Source: Ruditapes philippinarum (lineage: Eukaryota). From it: a stretch of DNA of 64,000 nucleotides. Made by a program: the position numbers and the translations under genes. The notes below the pieces were generated by a model, which saw only the letters and a list, made by a program, of their open reading frames with translations, had not been told where the DNA came from and did no database searches. Positions 27,717 through 38,739 of the stretch are shown piece after piece (the first letter of the stretch is position 1; each line of letters opens with the position of its first letter). Where the stretch lies: positions 1 through 64,000 of the forward strand of contig NW_026866227.1 in the NCBI RefSeq assembly GCF_026571515.1, in the 5' to 3' direction.

Positions 27717-28004
27717 TCACCATGACTGTGCCAGTTACAATCATAAATAGTCACTATTTTTCTTTGTGACACAGGAAGATTACTTTCATTTGCATGAAAA
27801 AATTTACATAAATATCAACTTTTTTTATACAAAACAACTAAATTTCCAGTTCAGGAATTTTATTAAAGTCTTCCTTAATTAATGATTGTTAAGTTAGTGT
27901 AATGTGTAAATGTCAACCATGTAAGTTTTACTTTGATGTTTTCATAGAGAAACATAAAGTCACTGTTATAAACATTTGTACATGTATTATAACAGTTACT
28001 TGTA

Positions 28005-28010
28005 AATAAA
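28005..28010 (+). terminator. Candidate XPC polyadenylation signal
   Basis: First AATAAA I found after the stop at 27716; further candidates near 28041, 28383 and 28818. Confidence 0.4.
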
Positions 28011-30795
28011 ATATTGAAGCTATATAAAGATAGGCACCCATACATTTAGGTGCAAAAGTAATAAACAATTCTAACACGACTTGCATTTTTTCCTATTGGG
28101 CATAAAATTGAAAGTGTGTTATTATGCAAGAAAATCTCTGTTGGCGTTCTATATTAAGATATGTGAAGTAATCATTTTATGTTCGATGTAACCACTAAAA
28201 ATGCGACCCCCTGAAAATAAGTACGGAAACAAATCAGGCGCAATTTAACGTAGCAGTTGTGTAAGAATCAAAATAATATATCCAAATAGGTGATTTTATT
28301 GCTTGATAAAATCAATGTTTGTTGAGATGTGCATCATTATATCACTCGGGCTACGCCCTCATGATATAATTCCTCGCATCCAAATAAAGTTGTTTTTTTT
28401 TAGTGAAAATCACTGATTTGGATATATCATTTCTTAAATATAAGCAGGGCATAGTCTAGTATAATCTATTTCTCAAATACAGTGTAATTAAAATGACTGG
28501 CCAAGTTAATTTTATAGAGAAATATTTTTTGTTATGGGTAATAATCTCAAATATTGTTCACTATACATCCTTTGTAATTTTCATATGTTGAATCTCTCAA
28601 TCAGACGCATCGTGGAATATAGGAATATATTAGATATAGTGTTTTATGAATGTTGAAATATTCGGTTGTTATTCTATTGACTATGTGATGGTATTTACCA
28701 GAATACATGTATATATAGCAGTGTTACATATAACCTGTCTTAACTAACCAATTATAGTACCACATTTTGTGTTCACTTGATATTTGATACAATTTTTATG
28801 CATTTATGTTGATTATTCAATAAAAGTATAAGTACCATTGGTATCTCTTTCTTATATATCCATATATAACATACCCCTTACAATGTTAAAGGTTTGACGT
28901 TTTGGTGTCTGTTAAGCATCCATTTATCAAACTTGCCCTTCACCTCTGAGTTTGAATCTGCTAATGACTTGGGATTCTTATATGTGAAGAAGTTCTCCAG
29001 CCAGCTTACAGAACATCGGTGGTTTTACTCTGATGCCCTTTTATGCCTGAAATAATCCATGGAGATGCACTCAAGGCCTTCCTCCACCAGTAAAGCTGGG
29101 AAGTTGCTGTTTTACCTCTACTGTATTGGTGCAATGTATAAACCAAAAGAAAAGAGAATGAAAAATTGTTTGAAGATCAAAAATGTTTAGATAAGGTAAT
29201 AGACCCATTTACGAAACTACATGTACTTCATTATTCTTGAAAAACTAAATCACTCCCCGGGGTGGGAACATTTCATATGTGCACAAGTCTTAAATTTCTC
29301 CTTTTTTTTATATAGAGGTCTTGAAGGCAATATCTCATTCCAAATATATTAGCTTGAAGCATTATAGTCTTCAAAGCAATGTTATATGCTAAATATATAA
29401 GCATTATACATTTTGTAGTTTTCCACTCATAAGTTTACATTAGTGTATGACCCACTGGGCGGCGGAAAGTGTAACGTTTAGACGACTTCAATTTGATGCT
29501 ACATGCTAAATATTTAAGCTGTGCTTGGCAGTTGAGAAACAAAATATTTCCAAAATCTGTACATTATAAAAATCTACATAAACTTAGGGACCTCCAGGGT
29601 GTGACCAATTTTTATGTCAGAGTGATGATTTATGTAACTTTTGTAGAGGTTTACTTAACAAATTCTACATGCCAAATATCTAAGCTTTGTGCATCATTGT
29701 TTCACAGTATAAAACATAAATGTATTTTCCTATACAAGTCTTTTGTTAATTAAGTAACCCCAGAGTCGGTCCAATATTGACCCTACCTGAAATCCCCACA
29801 AAGAATTAAGGTCCTTGTAGGTTACAACACACTAAATATTTAAGATAGCAACAAATAAAAGATGCCATCAGAAAAGATAAGTTTAAAGTTTTGTCAATTG
29901 CAGAAAGTATGGCATACCAGCAACTATTATATATTCCACTGACATGTTTGGGAAGCATACATATTTGCCTAGAGTGAATAACACATGCACAAAGTGTAAG
30001 CAAAATCTTTCTGTTCAAATTACAATTTTAACCAAGATCTTTAGAACATATAATTTTCTCGTCTAGTGGATAGGAACATGGATAAAAGATGACACTTGCC
30101 GATATGATTTGTTAAATTATTCAAAGGCTAACTAGGACTTACATCTTCAAACAATATTTTGTTCATATTTTACAAGTAATGTCTTCGTGAAAAATGACTA
30201 TTGGAGGGGCCCTAAAACACAGATTTTTAACTCTAGTAAAGTCAGGATAGCAGACACTCTGATAAATCCTTTATTTACACATTTATGTGCAACAAATAAT
30301 CAATAGACAGTTCAACAGAGAAGTTAATTAAATAATGGGCTGTTGAAATTTAAACCAATACTTTTGTATATCACAAATAGGGCAGTCATATTTACATATT
30401 CTAAGAAAGCTGTTCTGAGTGATGATAAAATAGACAGCTATTGAAGTTAATTTGCACAAAATATTTACCATACATAATGGATTATTGATAAAATAACAAC
30501 TTAACAAACTTTCATATAATCATAATCAACATTAATTTTTTAATTTGAATTTAGCATTATTAACATTAAATAACACCAAAATTATTTAAAAGATACTTTA
30601 TAATCAAATATTTTTATTTCTTATTTCATGATAAGGTTTATTGTTTCAGAAATCGTATAATTATTATCCCTTACAACGTTATAAACATTAACAAATAATG
30701 TCATTAAATCCTTAAAAATGTCAATTCCAATTTGTACAAAATAGTATAAATCAGACAGTTTTAATTGACATTAAATCTTCTACAGATATATAATA

Positions 30796-31266
30796 CTAGG
30801 ATGTTTCAGTGTGAAATGTTTTAGTTTCCTCCTGGCTCAGCGGAATATTTCCAGGAGGTGCGACGAAATAATCTTCATCACGTTTCACTGCATTTTGAAG
30901 AATAGATTTTTTACATCCACCTTCTGTCACAATATCATCACGAAGCAGGAGTTCACGATCCTCTAACACTGAATACATAGGTTCTACATCGTCTGTATTA
31001 ACCATATATAACTGATTTGCATATTCTATAGCACTCCGCAACCTGTCTACACCTGCTTTATTATTCACCTCCACTAATGACAGTCGTTCAAGATGATTAA
31101 TCATTTCATCTGTAAGGTCTGGGACAGGAGGAAGATTCTTTGGGTTTATTTCCTTCCACTGGGGTTCATTTGGTATCTTGGAGTTTAAACAACAAACTCT
31201 CTGACCAAAGTTAACACTGCATAATCTATTTAGTCTCAACACTTTGAAAGCTATATTAAGAGCCAT
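30796..31266 (-). CDS. GATC: Glutamyl-tRNA(Gln) amidotransferase subunit C, mitochondrial (156 aa, intronless CDS)
   Basis: HLERLSLVE, AIEYANQL, VNTDDVEPMYSVLEDREL.LRDD.VTEG and EDYFVAPPGNIPL are GatC motifs. The N-terminus MALNIAFKVLRLNRL is basic and lacks acidic residues, like a presequence. ATG context aaacaATGg. Confidence 0.93.
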   Translation of the reverse strand: MALNIAFKVLRLNRLCSVNFGQRVCCLNSKIPNEPQWKEINPKNLPPVPDLTDEMINHLERLSLVEVNNKAGVDRLRSAIEYANQLYMVNTDDVEPMYSVLEDRELLLRDDIVTEGGCKKSILQNAVKRDEDYFVAPPGNIPLSQEETKTFHTETS

Positions 31267-31354
31267 TGTTTCAATAAACAAATTAAACTGCACACCAAAA
31301 AAGATTAAGATAGCAAAGTACACAGTATCAATGTTTTCTTTTTTAAATGTGACC

Positions 31355-32942
31355 TTAACCTTCAATTTCTTCTTCTTTGGCTTGCATTGCTCTGATCTCT
31401 GCTTTACGTATTTCTACTTTTTCCTGAAATCCCTGAAATAAAATAAAAGAGGAAACATGTAATAACCAGTATGATTCAGGATAAGACACAGCAGCATTTG
31501 TTGTTGTTTTATCCTGCTACTGTCTATATCATCAGCTGGATAAAGCCTTGCCCGATAAACTTATCTATCTCCGGTCATTTAGTCACATGATGACGTCACA
31601 TGTTAAGCAGCAAAAAGAAACTGCAAATAGATGCTATTTTATTAGGGAAAAAGAAGAATGAAACCATTTAATTATTCTAAAAACATGATAAAAAGCAGGA
31701 TTAATCAAATACATGGTTGATGTCGGGATGGAGAAAGTTTATCCGGTTCACGGCGCCAGTGAATCTTGGCTCGCTAAAGCTCGACAAAATACACTTTCTC
31801 GCTCACCGGATAAATCTTCTCCATCCCTACATTTTTTCTATATATTTTGTTGGTTGGGTTTTACGACACACAAATACAGTATAGGTCATGTGGTAACTTT
31901 CCAGAGAAGATCTCAGGTGCCATTCTGTGCATTATTCCAGGCACAAACGGGCACCTGAGTAAAACCGACCACATTCTGAAAGTTAGAGCAGTAATTGTAG
32001 AACCAGACTAAATGCCCAACAAGGTATTCCATAATGGTTCTGATTAAATATATAAGAAATTCCTTGATAATAAAAACAACAAAAAATAAGTTCATTGTTT
32101 AAATTTTTGAAAACTAACCTAACAGTTTATTTAGTTTGATTTGAATATGGTTTAAACATATTTATTTAAACTCGATTGCGAAACAAGTTCTTTCAACTTA
32201 TATTAATCACTTTCGAGTCCGCTTCCTGGAACCAACCAGTACTGGTGTCATATGAAGAAACATGGCCATGACCGGATAAGAGCTCAAACCAATGATCCAT
32301 GGGTTGAGAGGCAGACACCTAACCCACTGCTCTCCTTTAGTTTGAATATCAGCTACAAATAAAATGTGTATATTGTAATAATATTATAATATATAATAAT
32401 ATTGTAACACATGAACCGACATTTGTATTTATAAAAATATACAGTTACACATGAATTACACATGTTAAAAACAGTCAGTTTAGTTCAACAGGTAGATTGT
32501 TCAATAAGTTGGAATATGAATCAGGGGACCAGGGTTCTATACCCAGAATGTGCATATAAATATCATTTTCTTTGTGATATTTCAAGAAATCTTATCCATG
32601 GTCAATTGTACTGTCCCTCTGCTCTGGCAGAAGTTACCAGTTCCTTGCAAAAGTGAAAGTACTAATACTGGTTAACTGCCTGACAGTATACCTAGGAACA
32701 ATGCAGTGGCTCTGATGAATTCAAAGTGGCTTACAACTGAACTACCAACACCACCAACACATATTTTAAAGAAATACTGTTTTTACATCTGAATTAACTT
32801 ACTGACATGTTAAAGTTTTATAAATATATCTTACAGCAAGTGGTTTATATATACTGTGTGTAAACTGAGATCCCAGTAACATTGAAAACACTGCAGCTGC
32901 TGTTACTGTTAAATATCTTTTCCATGAAACTCCAGCAGGCAT
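31355..32942 (-). CDS. UQCC6: BRAWNIN / UQCC6 / C12orf73 (sloth2-like) microprotein, 61 aa, exons 32942-32835 and 31432-31355
   Basis: MPAGVSWKRYLTVTAAAVFSMLLGSQFTHSIYKPLA|GFQEKVEIRKAEIRAMQAKEEEIEG*. MPAGV start, hydrophobic helix and H..Y[KR]P match human BRAWNIN as I recall it. GT-AG phase-0 intron. Confidence 0.88.
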
Positions 32943-32989
32943 ACTTCAATCAAACTGTAATATAAAATTAATTAATCATTATTTATCCA

Positions 32990-34080
32990 TAAGATGTATA
33001 TGTATCTAATGAACTATCTCTGAGATGAATATGTATCTAATGAACTATCTCTGAGATGTAAATGTATATTATGAACTATCTCTAAGACGTATATGCATCT
33101 AATGAACTATCTCTGAGATATATATGTATCTAATGAACTATCTCTGAGATGTATATATATCTAATGAACTATCTCTGATATTTATCTAATGAACTATCTC
33201 TGAAATATATATGAATCTAATGAACTATCTCTGATATGTATCTAATGAACTATCTCTAAAATATATTTGTATCTAATGAACTATCTCTGAGATGTATATG
33301 TATCAAATGAACTATCTCTGAGATGTACATGTATCTAATGAACTATCTCTGATATGTATCTAATGAACTATCTCTGAAATATATATGTATCTAATGAACT
33401 ATCTCTGAGATGTATATGTATCAAATGAACTATCTCTTAGATGTATATGTATCTAATGAACTATCTCCGAGATGTATCTAATGAACTTTCTCTGAGATGT
33501 ATCTAATGAACTATCTTCGAGATGTATAAAAATGAACTATTTCTTCGATGTATATGTATCTAATGAACTATCTTTTAGATGTATATGTATCTAATGAACT
33601 ATCTCTGAGATGTATCTGATGAACTTTCTCTGAGATGTATCTAATGAACTATCTTTGAGATGTATCTAATGAACTATCTCTGAGATGTACATGTATCTAA
33701 TGAACTATCTCTGATATGTATCTAATGAACTATCTCTGAAATATATATGTATCTAATGAACTATCTCTGAGATGTATATGTACCAAATGAACTATCTCTT
33801 AGATGTATATGTATCTAATGAACTATCTCTGAGATGTATCAAATGAACTTTCTCCGAGATGTATCTAATGAACTATCTTCGAGATGTATAAAATGAACTA
33901 TTTCTTAGATGTATATGTATCTAATGAACTATCTTTTAGATGTATATGTATCTAATGAACTATCTCTGAGATGTATCTAATGAACTTTCTCTGAGATGTA
34001 TCTAATGAACTATCTTTGAGATGTATCTAATGAACTATCTCTGAGATGTATATGTATCTTATGAACTATCTGTGAGATGC
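32990..34080. repeat. Minisatellite of 25/31-bp units (ATGTATCTAATGAACTATCTCTGAG[ATGTAT])
   Basis: Dozens of tandem copies in the intron between the SMIM4 and BRAWNIN exons. Confidence 0.95.
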
Positions 34081-34593
34081 AGTTGTAAGACCAACACATA
34101 AATGATAGTCAATCATCTAAATTTTGTGAAACTTCTTGCTACATGAGATTGTTTGTTTCAGTTCCTGTTGATATGTAACATCATACCATATTAAACATTC
34201 TACACAAATCGAAACATTAACATTGATGATATTACATGACTGTACTGTATCATTTGTCTGTATCATTTGATTTGACTGTATAAAGTTGTATTCCCATGAG
34301 TGTTTATAATGGTTGTATACTTTACACAACACAAGTGATACTATTCCGCAGAACGGCACACTTCTGTACTTTATACATTTTGTGCATATCACATCATATT
34401 TACCAGCCAAAAAGTCTATATCCTTTATATAACATGTATATTTATATTCATCATTCATAAAATAAAAACAGTTAATATACCCTGAAATTGATTTGTAATT
34501 CTTACTTTTTAACCAATCACAGAAAAGTAACTATTTCAAAGATATTTATAGATAATATAATAATATACAATATGGACATACCTAGTGGACAGT

Positions 34594-35746
34594 TTATTTT
34601 TGAAATTTTAGCTGTGCAAATACTTTTTCTCTTAGTTTTTCTCGTTCTATCTGTTTCCAAGCCTCTTCTTCTACCTGTTTCCTTGTGTATGTTTTATCTG
34701 CAAAAATAAACATCATTGTCAAGCCCCTATTACTGTAACCCTCGTTCTGCTTGAACCTACTGTGATTAACTTTTGTCATCAGTATCGAGCCAGGCCAGCC
34801 TGCACCTCCGTGTAGTCTTACAAGGTTCTAGTCTGTTAGCCAACTTCAAATTTTCATTCTAATATTACCAAAAATAGATAGGCAGTTCCAAAAATGGAAG
34901 CTGGCAAAGCCCAGGAAATTCAGCAAGCCAAAAGAGGTATTAAGGAAGTTAGATTTTTATATCTTTTTATATTTCAAATAAAATGTTTAAATATCAATAT
35001 TCGTAAATATAAGAAAACACAGGTAGACATAAGTCTTATGATTTCCTTTCATTTATATTGTTTTTTTCATAATTAAATATTTAGAATCATATCAATTTTC
35101 ATCCTTACGCTTCTACATATCTATATTTATACTGCCATACATTATAATAGATATTTCATAACACTTACAAGATAAAGTTGCTTTTTCCCTTGTTTTTGTT
35201 TCTCATTTATACAATTAAGGAACTATGACAAACATAAATGAAATTATAAAGCATTACTTCACTATTTAAGTAAAGGTATCTTGTGACAACTTCATCACAA
35301 AATTAATTAACTGATGCTTATTGATTTGTTTCAAGTGACTAGTCACACCACCAACAATATACAATGTACAGTAATTTATAAGGTCGATGTCATATGATGA
35401 CTTAGATTAAAGACAACCTCTTTGTGCATTGTCTGACATCACTAACCTTCCATAAGATAGCTGGATAGCTTCCTCACATGAAAGAGTCAATATCTGATGG
35501 GAATTCAACCCATAGCAGTTTGGGGCAAGTGTTTTAAGTCAGCCATCTTAAGCAATTAGCTACATACCAGTAGGTCACACTTATCTTAATATTTCAATAC
35601 TTACAAAAGTTGTGACCATTCACAGTCCACTTGATCATAGCCAATTCTAAAAGAGCTCCATAAACAAAGAAGAATGGCATAAACCTGTAAACTCCTAGCC
35701 TTCTCTTGCCTGGTACTTTATTTAAGATGTTTTGTATGAAATGCAT
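34594..35746 (-). CDS. SMIM4: SMIM4 / UQCC5 (sloth1-like) microprotein, 81 aa, exons 35746-35605 and 34697-34594
   Basis: MHFIQNILNKVPGKRRLGVYRFMPFFFVYGALLELAMIKWTVNGHNF|YKTYTRKQVEEEAWKQIEREKLREKVFAQLKFQK*. VPGK.R.G.YRF.PFFFV.G..E..MIK...FY..Y.RK matches human SMIM4 as I recall it. Phase-1 GT-AG intron. The start could extend to in-frame ATGs at 36336 or 36366. Confidence 0.92.
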
Positions 35747-35859
35747 TATCTCATTTTTCCATCCTGAAAAAAGAGACATTAAATAAAATATAATTAATGA
35801 TTAAATTGTCAAATTAAGTAATCAGTGTATCAAACAACGATTGGAACATGTGACAAAAA

Positions 35860-36295
35860 GTTGCCCAAACCAAGGCCCAACATCACCTTGCCCTAACCTG
35901 ACTGTAGTGACATCATCTTGCCCAAACCTTGGTCTGACATCACCTTACCTGAACCTTGGCCTGATATCACCTTGCCCGAAATTACCTTGCCCTAACCTTG
36001 GTCTAACATCATCTTGCCCTAACCTTGGTCTGACATCATCTTGCCCTAACCTTGGTCTGACATCACCTTGCCCTAACCTAGGTCTGACATCACCTTGCCC
36101 TAAACTTGGTCTGACATCACCTTGCCCTAACCTTGGTCTGACATCACCTTGCCCTAACCTTGGTCTGACATCACCTTGCCCTAACCTTAGCCCATGTCAC
36201 CTTGCCCTAACCTTGGTCTGACATCACCTTGCCCAAACCTAGGTCTGACATCACCTTGCCCACACCTAAGTCTAACACCACTTTGCCCTAACCGT
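35860..36295. repeat. 27-bp minisatellite CCTTGCCCTAACCTTGGTCTGACATCA
   Basis: About 15 tandem units in the first intron of the SMIM4 unit; explains ORF 35841-36221. Confidence 0.92.
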
Positions 36296-36317
36296 ACGGG
36301 CTAGCTAATATACGTAC

Positions 36318-36400
36318 CTGCCGTGAATGATGTCATACGAGGTCTCGCGTGGCACCTAAATGTCATGGCCCACTGTGGTCGGCGTTATTGATGTTTTACA
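36318..36400 (-). promoter_or_regulatory. Putative exon 1 / promoter of the SMIM4-BRAWNIN-GATC unit
   Basis: Small CpG-rich patch ending in donor GGCAG|gtacgt (exon ends at 36318); matching acceptor tttttcag|G at 35763. Confidence 0.55.
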
Positions 36401-37204
36401 GTTAAAAAGGCAATTTTAATGACGGTATTAATATTTCGATACTTTAATTGGTATAGAACAATGTTAAAAGAATTGTTTTATTGTAAAATGCACAAGAATT
36501 GATTTGGTCAAGTGTATTTGCAAGTGAAAAATAAGGTTAAATCAACTTATGTTATTCCGTTTAGGTTTCGTAACGGGTCTAAACTTTAATGCTGCATCAG
36601 ATGACAAACAAAAATGTTAAATAGCGGCTTATAAAGTTTTAGAAGCCAGAACTACTTAGCCCCACGATAATAAGAGACAACAGGATACACCAGTCTAGGA
36701 TAATATTATATATCATTAAATATAAAAAAATATGGTTTTATAATGTCTTTTCTCATGATTAGCAATGTCACACGCCGAAATTTTGTGACATGTCACAATT
36801 ACATGATCATTTTTTTCTTCCAAAAGTAATGTGGGCGAATCGGGTGTTGGGCGAATCAAGAGTGGGGCGAATCATTTCAAAACAAACAAATTTTACTGAT
36901 TCACATCGTTAGTAGCTATTTTATTCTATAAAGCTGGTTAAAGATAAGCATTTAAGTAGATAAAAAAACTTAAATTTAAATTATAATGAAAACTTATTGA
37001 AGTTATAGATCTAGATCTATTTCACGGTTATGTAAATACATGCCTTCTTCGACCTTCGCAGCGATTACCTCCCTTAGCAGGCAATTTTCCGGCTTTTTTC
37101 CGTCAGTCTTCCGACGATGGTCCGATTGATCCGAAGACTGCCGGAAAGGACCGAAAAGTTGCGATGCAGCCAATAGGTCAGACTCTCGTATTGGTTTTTC
37201 CAAG

Positions 37205-38170
37205 ATAGAATAGAATAGAATAGAATAACTTTTATTTCCAATCAAGGGTCATGTTAAATGACATGTGAATCACAATAATAATAATGAGATCAAAGATCAA
37301 ATAAAGACGTTAAAGAAACTAAAACTTGATTCGTATTATAGTAACAACAATAAACTTAAAGAAAAAACAAAAACAAAACAAACACAGCAAATGACAGGGT
37401 TTCGCGAACTATAATTAAACATCATAACTACATATATATATATGAATTGAAAATTACATTTTGTTTTTATTCTTCGAATAACATTTAATTTACACAAACA
37501 GATAGCGTATACCTGTTTTGTAACAAAACTGTACAATACANNNNNNNNNNNNNNNNNNNNNNNNNNNNNNNNNNNNNNNNNNNNNNNNNNNNNNNNNNNN
37601 NNNNNNNNNNNNNNNNNNNNNNNNNNNNNNNNNNNNNNNNNNNNNNNNNNNNNNNNNNNNNNNNNNNNNNNNNNNNNNNNNNNNNNNNNNNNNNNNNNNN
37701 NNNNNNNNNNNNNNNNNNNNNNNNNNNNNNNNTGTTTTCTCATTACCATTTCTGAGTTTAAAACAAGTAAAAATAAAATCTACAAATTGTTTTATGATTT
37801 TTTCATCTTCGTTGCTCATTAACCAAATGAATTTGCTTATTTCAGACATTTTTTCAAAGTTTAAATTCTTATCTTTTATTTCACTATATAAAATGCTGCG
37901 TTGACTAGTAAAAGCATTGCAAGCAGTAACAAAATGTAGCTCGTCTTCAACTTCATTTGAGTTGCAAACTTCGCAAACTCTTTTATCAGACTTGATTTTT
38001 TTTATATCTCCCAATCTCTATTTGTAATTTGTGAGAACTTATCCTTAACTTTGTAAAACAAGCTCTAATATTTTTATCTTTGATTACTGCTAAATAAGGT
38101 TCCCTACAAAAATTTGTTTTAAACAGTGCATAAGTACGTAGTTTACAAGGTATGACTAATTACCGTTCAC
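37205..38170 (-). mobile_element. 3' end of a non-LTR retrotransposon (CR1/L2-like), frameshifted, spanning the assembly gap
   Basis: LRTYALFKTNF..EPYL, LRISSHKLQIE and RVCEVCNSNEVEDELHFV..C; AATAAA plus (ATTCT)n tail at 37205-37235. Confidence 0.8.
37541..37732. other. Assembly gap (192 N)
   Basis: Run of n. Confidence 1.
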
Positions 38171-38739
38171 GTATTTGAAGAGAATACCGAATATGAATAT
38201 TTTTTTCATAAAATTTTGACGTAGGGTCAAATATTGCACTTTATTTAACATATTCACGTACCTTAGTGAATATTTGTTTTTCCATAGACATTATGAGAAA
38301 ATTATGGTCTAAAATTGAGTGTTTTTTTTCACCCAATCGCTGGCCAATTTGAAAGTCTGAGCTGAATACATAATAAAACACAGACAATGCATGCATACAC
38401 TCCCAACTTTCCCTAATTGCGTGTATTTCGCTGAGAAGGCACAGGGCACTGCCCGGCATCGGCAAAAGGTTTGCGGCTTGGCGGATAATAAACTTAAAAA
38501 TCACTCTGTCCGTTATCAGCACTTGTATACTTCGTCAACAATTTGGGACCAGCAGCCGATGTCCTGATTTAAGCCAATGGGAGTGGCCCTACGATGTATG
38601 CAGAGAGGATGGTACGTGTGCTAGGGAGCGTGAGCCCCTAGCACAGATGGACGGCTTGTAAGGCAGCGCCTTTGCTAAGCACCAACAGCACTTTTAAGGC
38701 CGCTACGTACCTCCTTTCATAATTGTCACAAACAAACAA

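Noticed and set aside
31267-31365. TTG-started N-terminal extension of GATC, or a +1 frameshift fusion of BRAWNIN to GATC
   Set aside because: The GATC frame is open back into the BRAWNIN exon, but no slippery site or structure is evident. The ATG at 31266 has strong context and begins a presequence-like segment.
31287-32954. Spliced-leader trans-splicing operon
   Set aside because: A cis donor exists upstream of each acceptor, there are no internal polyA signals in the spacers, and I know of no established SL trans-splicing in bivalves.
32990-34080. Regular repeats as a CRISPR array
   Set aside because: No unique spacers, no cas genes, eukaryotic intron context; it is a minisatellite. The same applies to 35860-36295.
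35841-36221. 126-aa Cys/Pro repeat ORF (CPNLGLTSP)n
   Set aside because: Translation of a 27-bp tandem repeat, TTG start, antisense within an intron.
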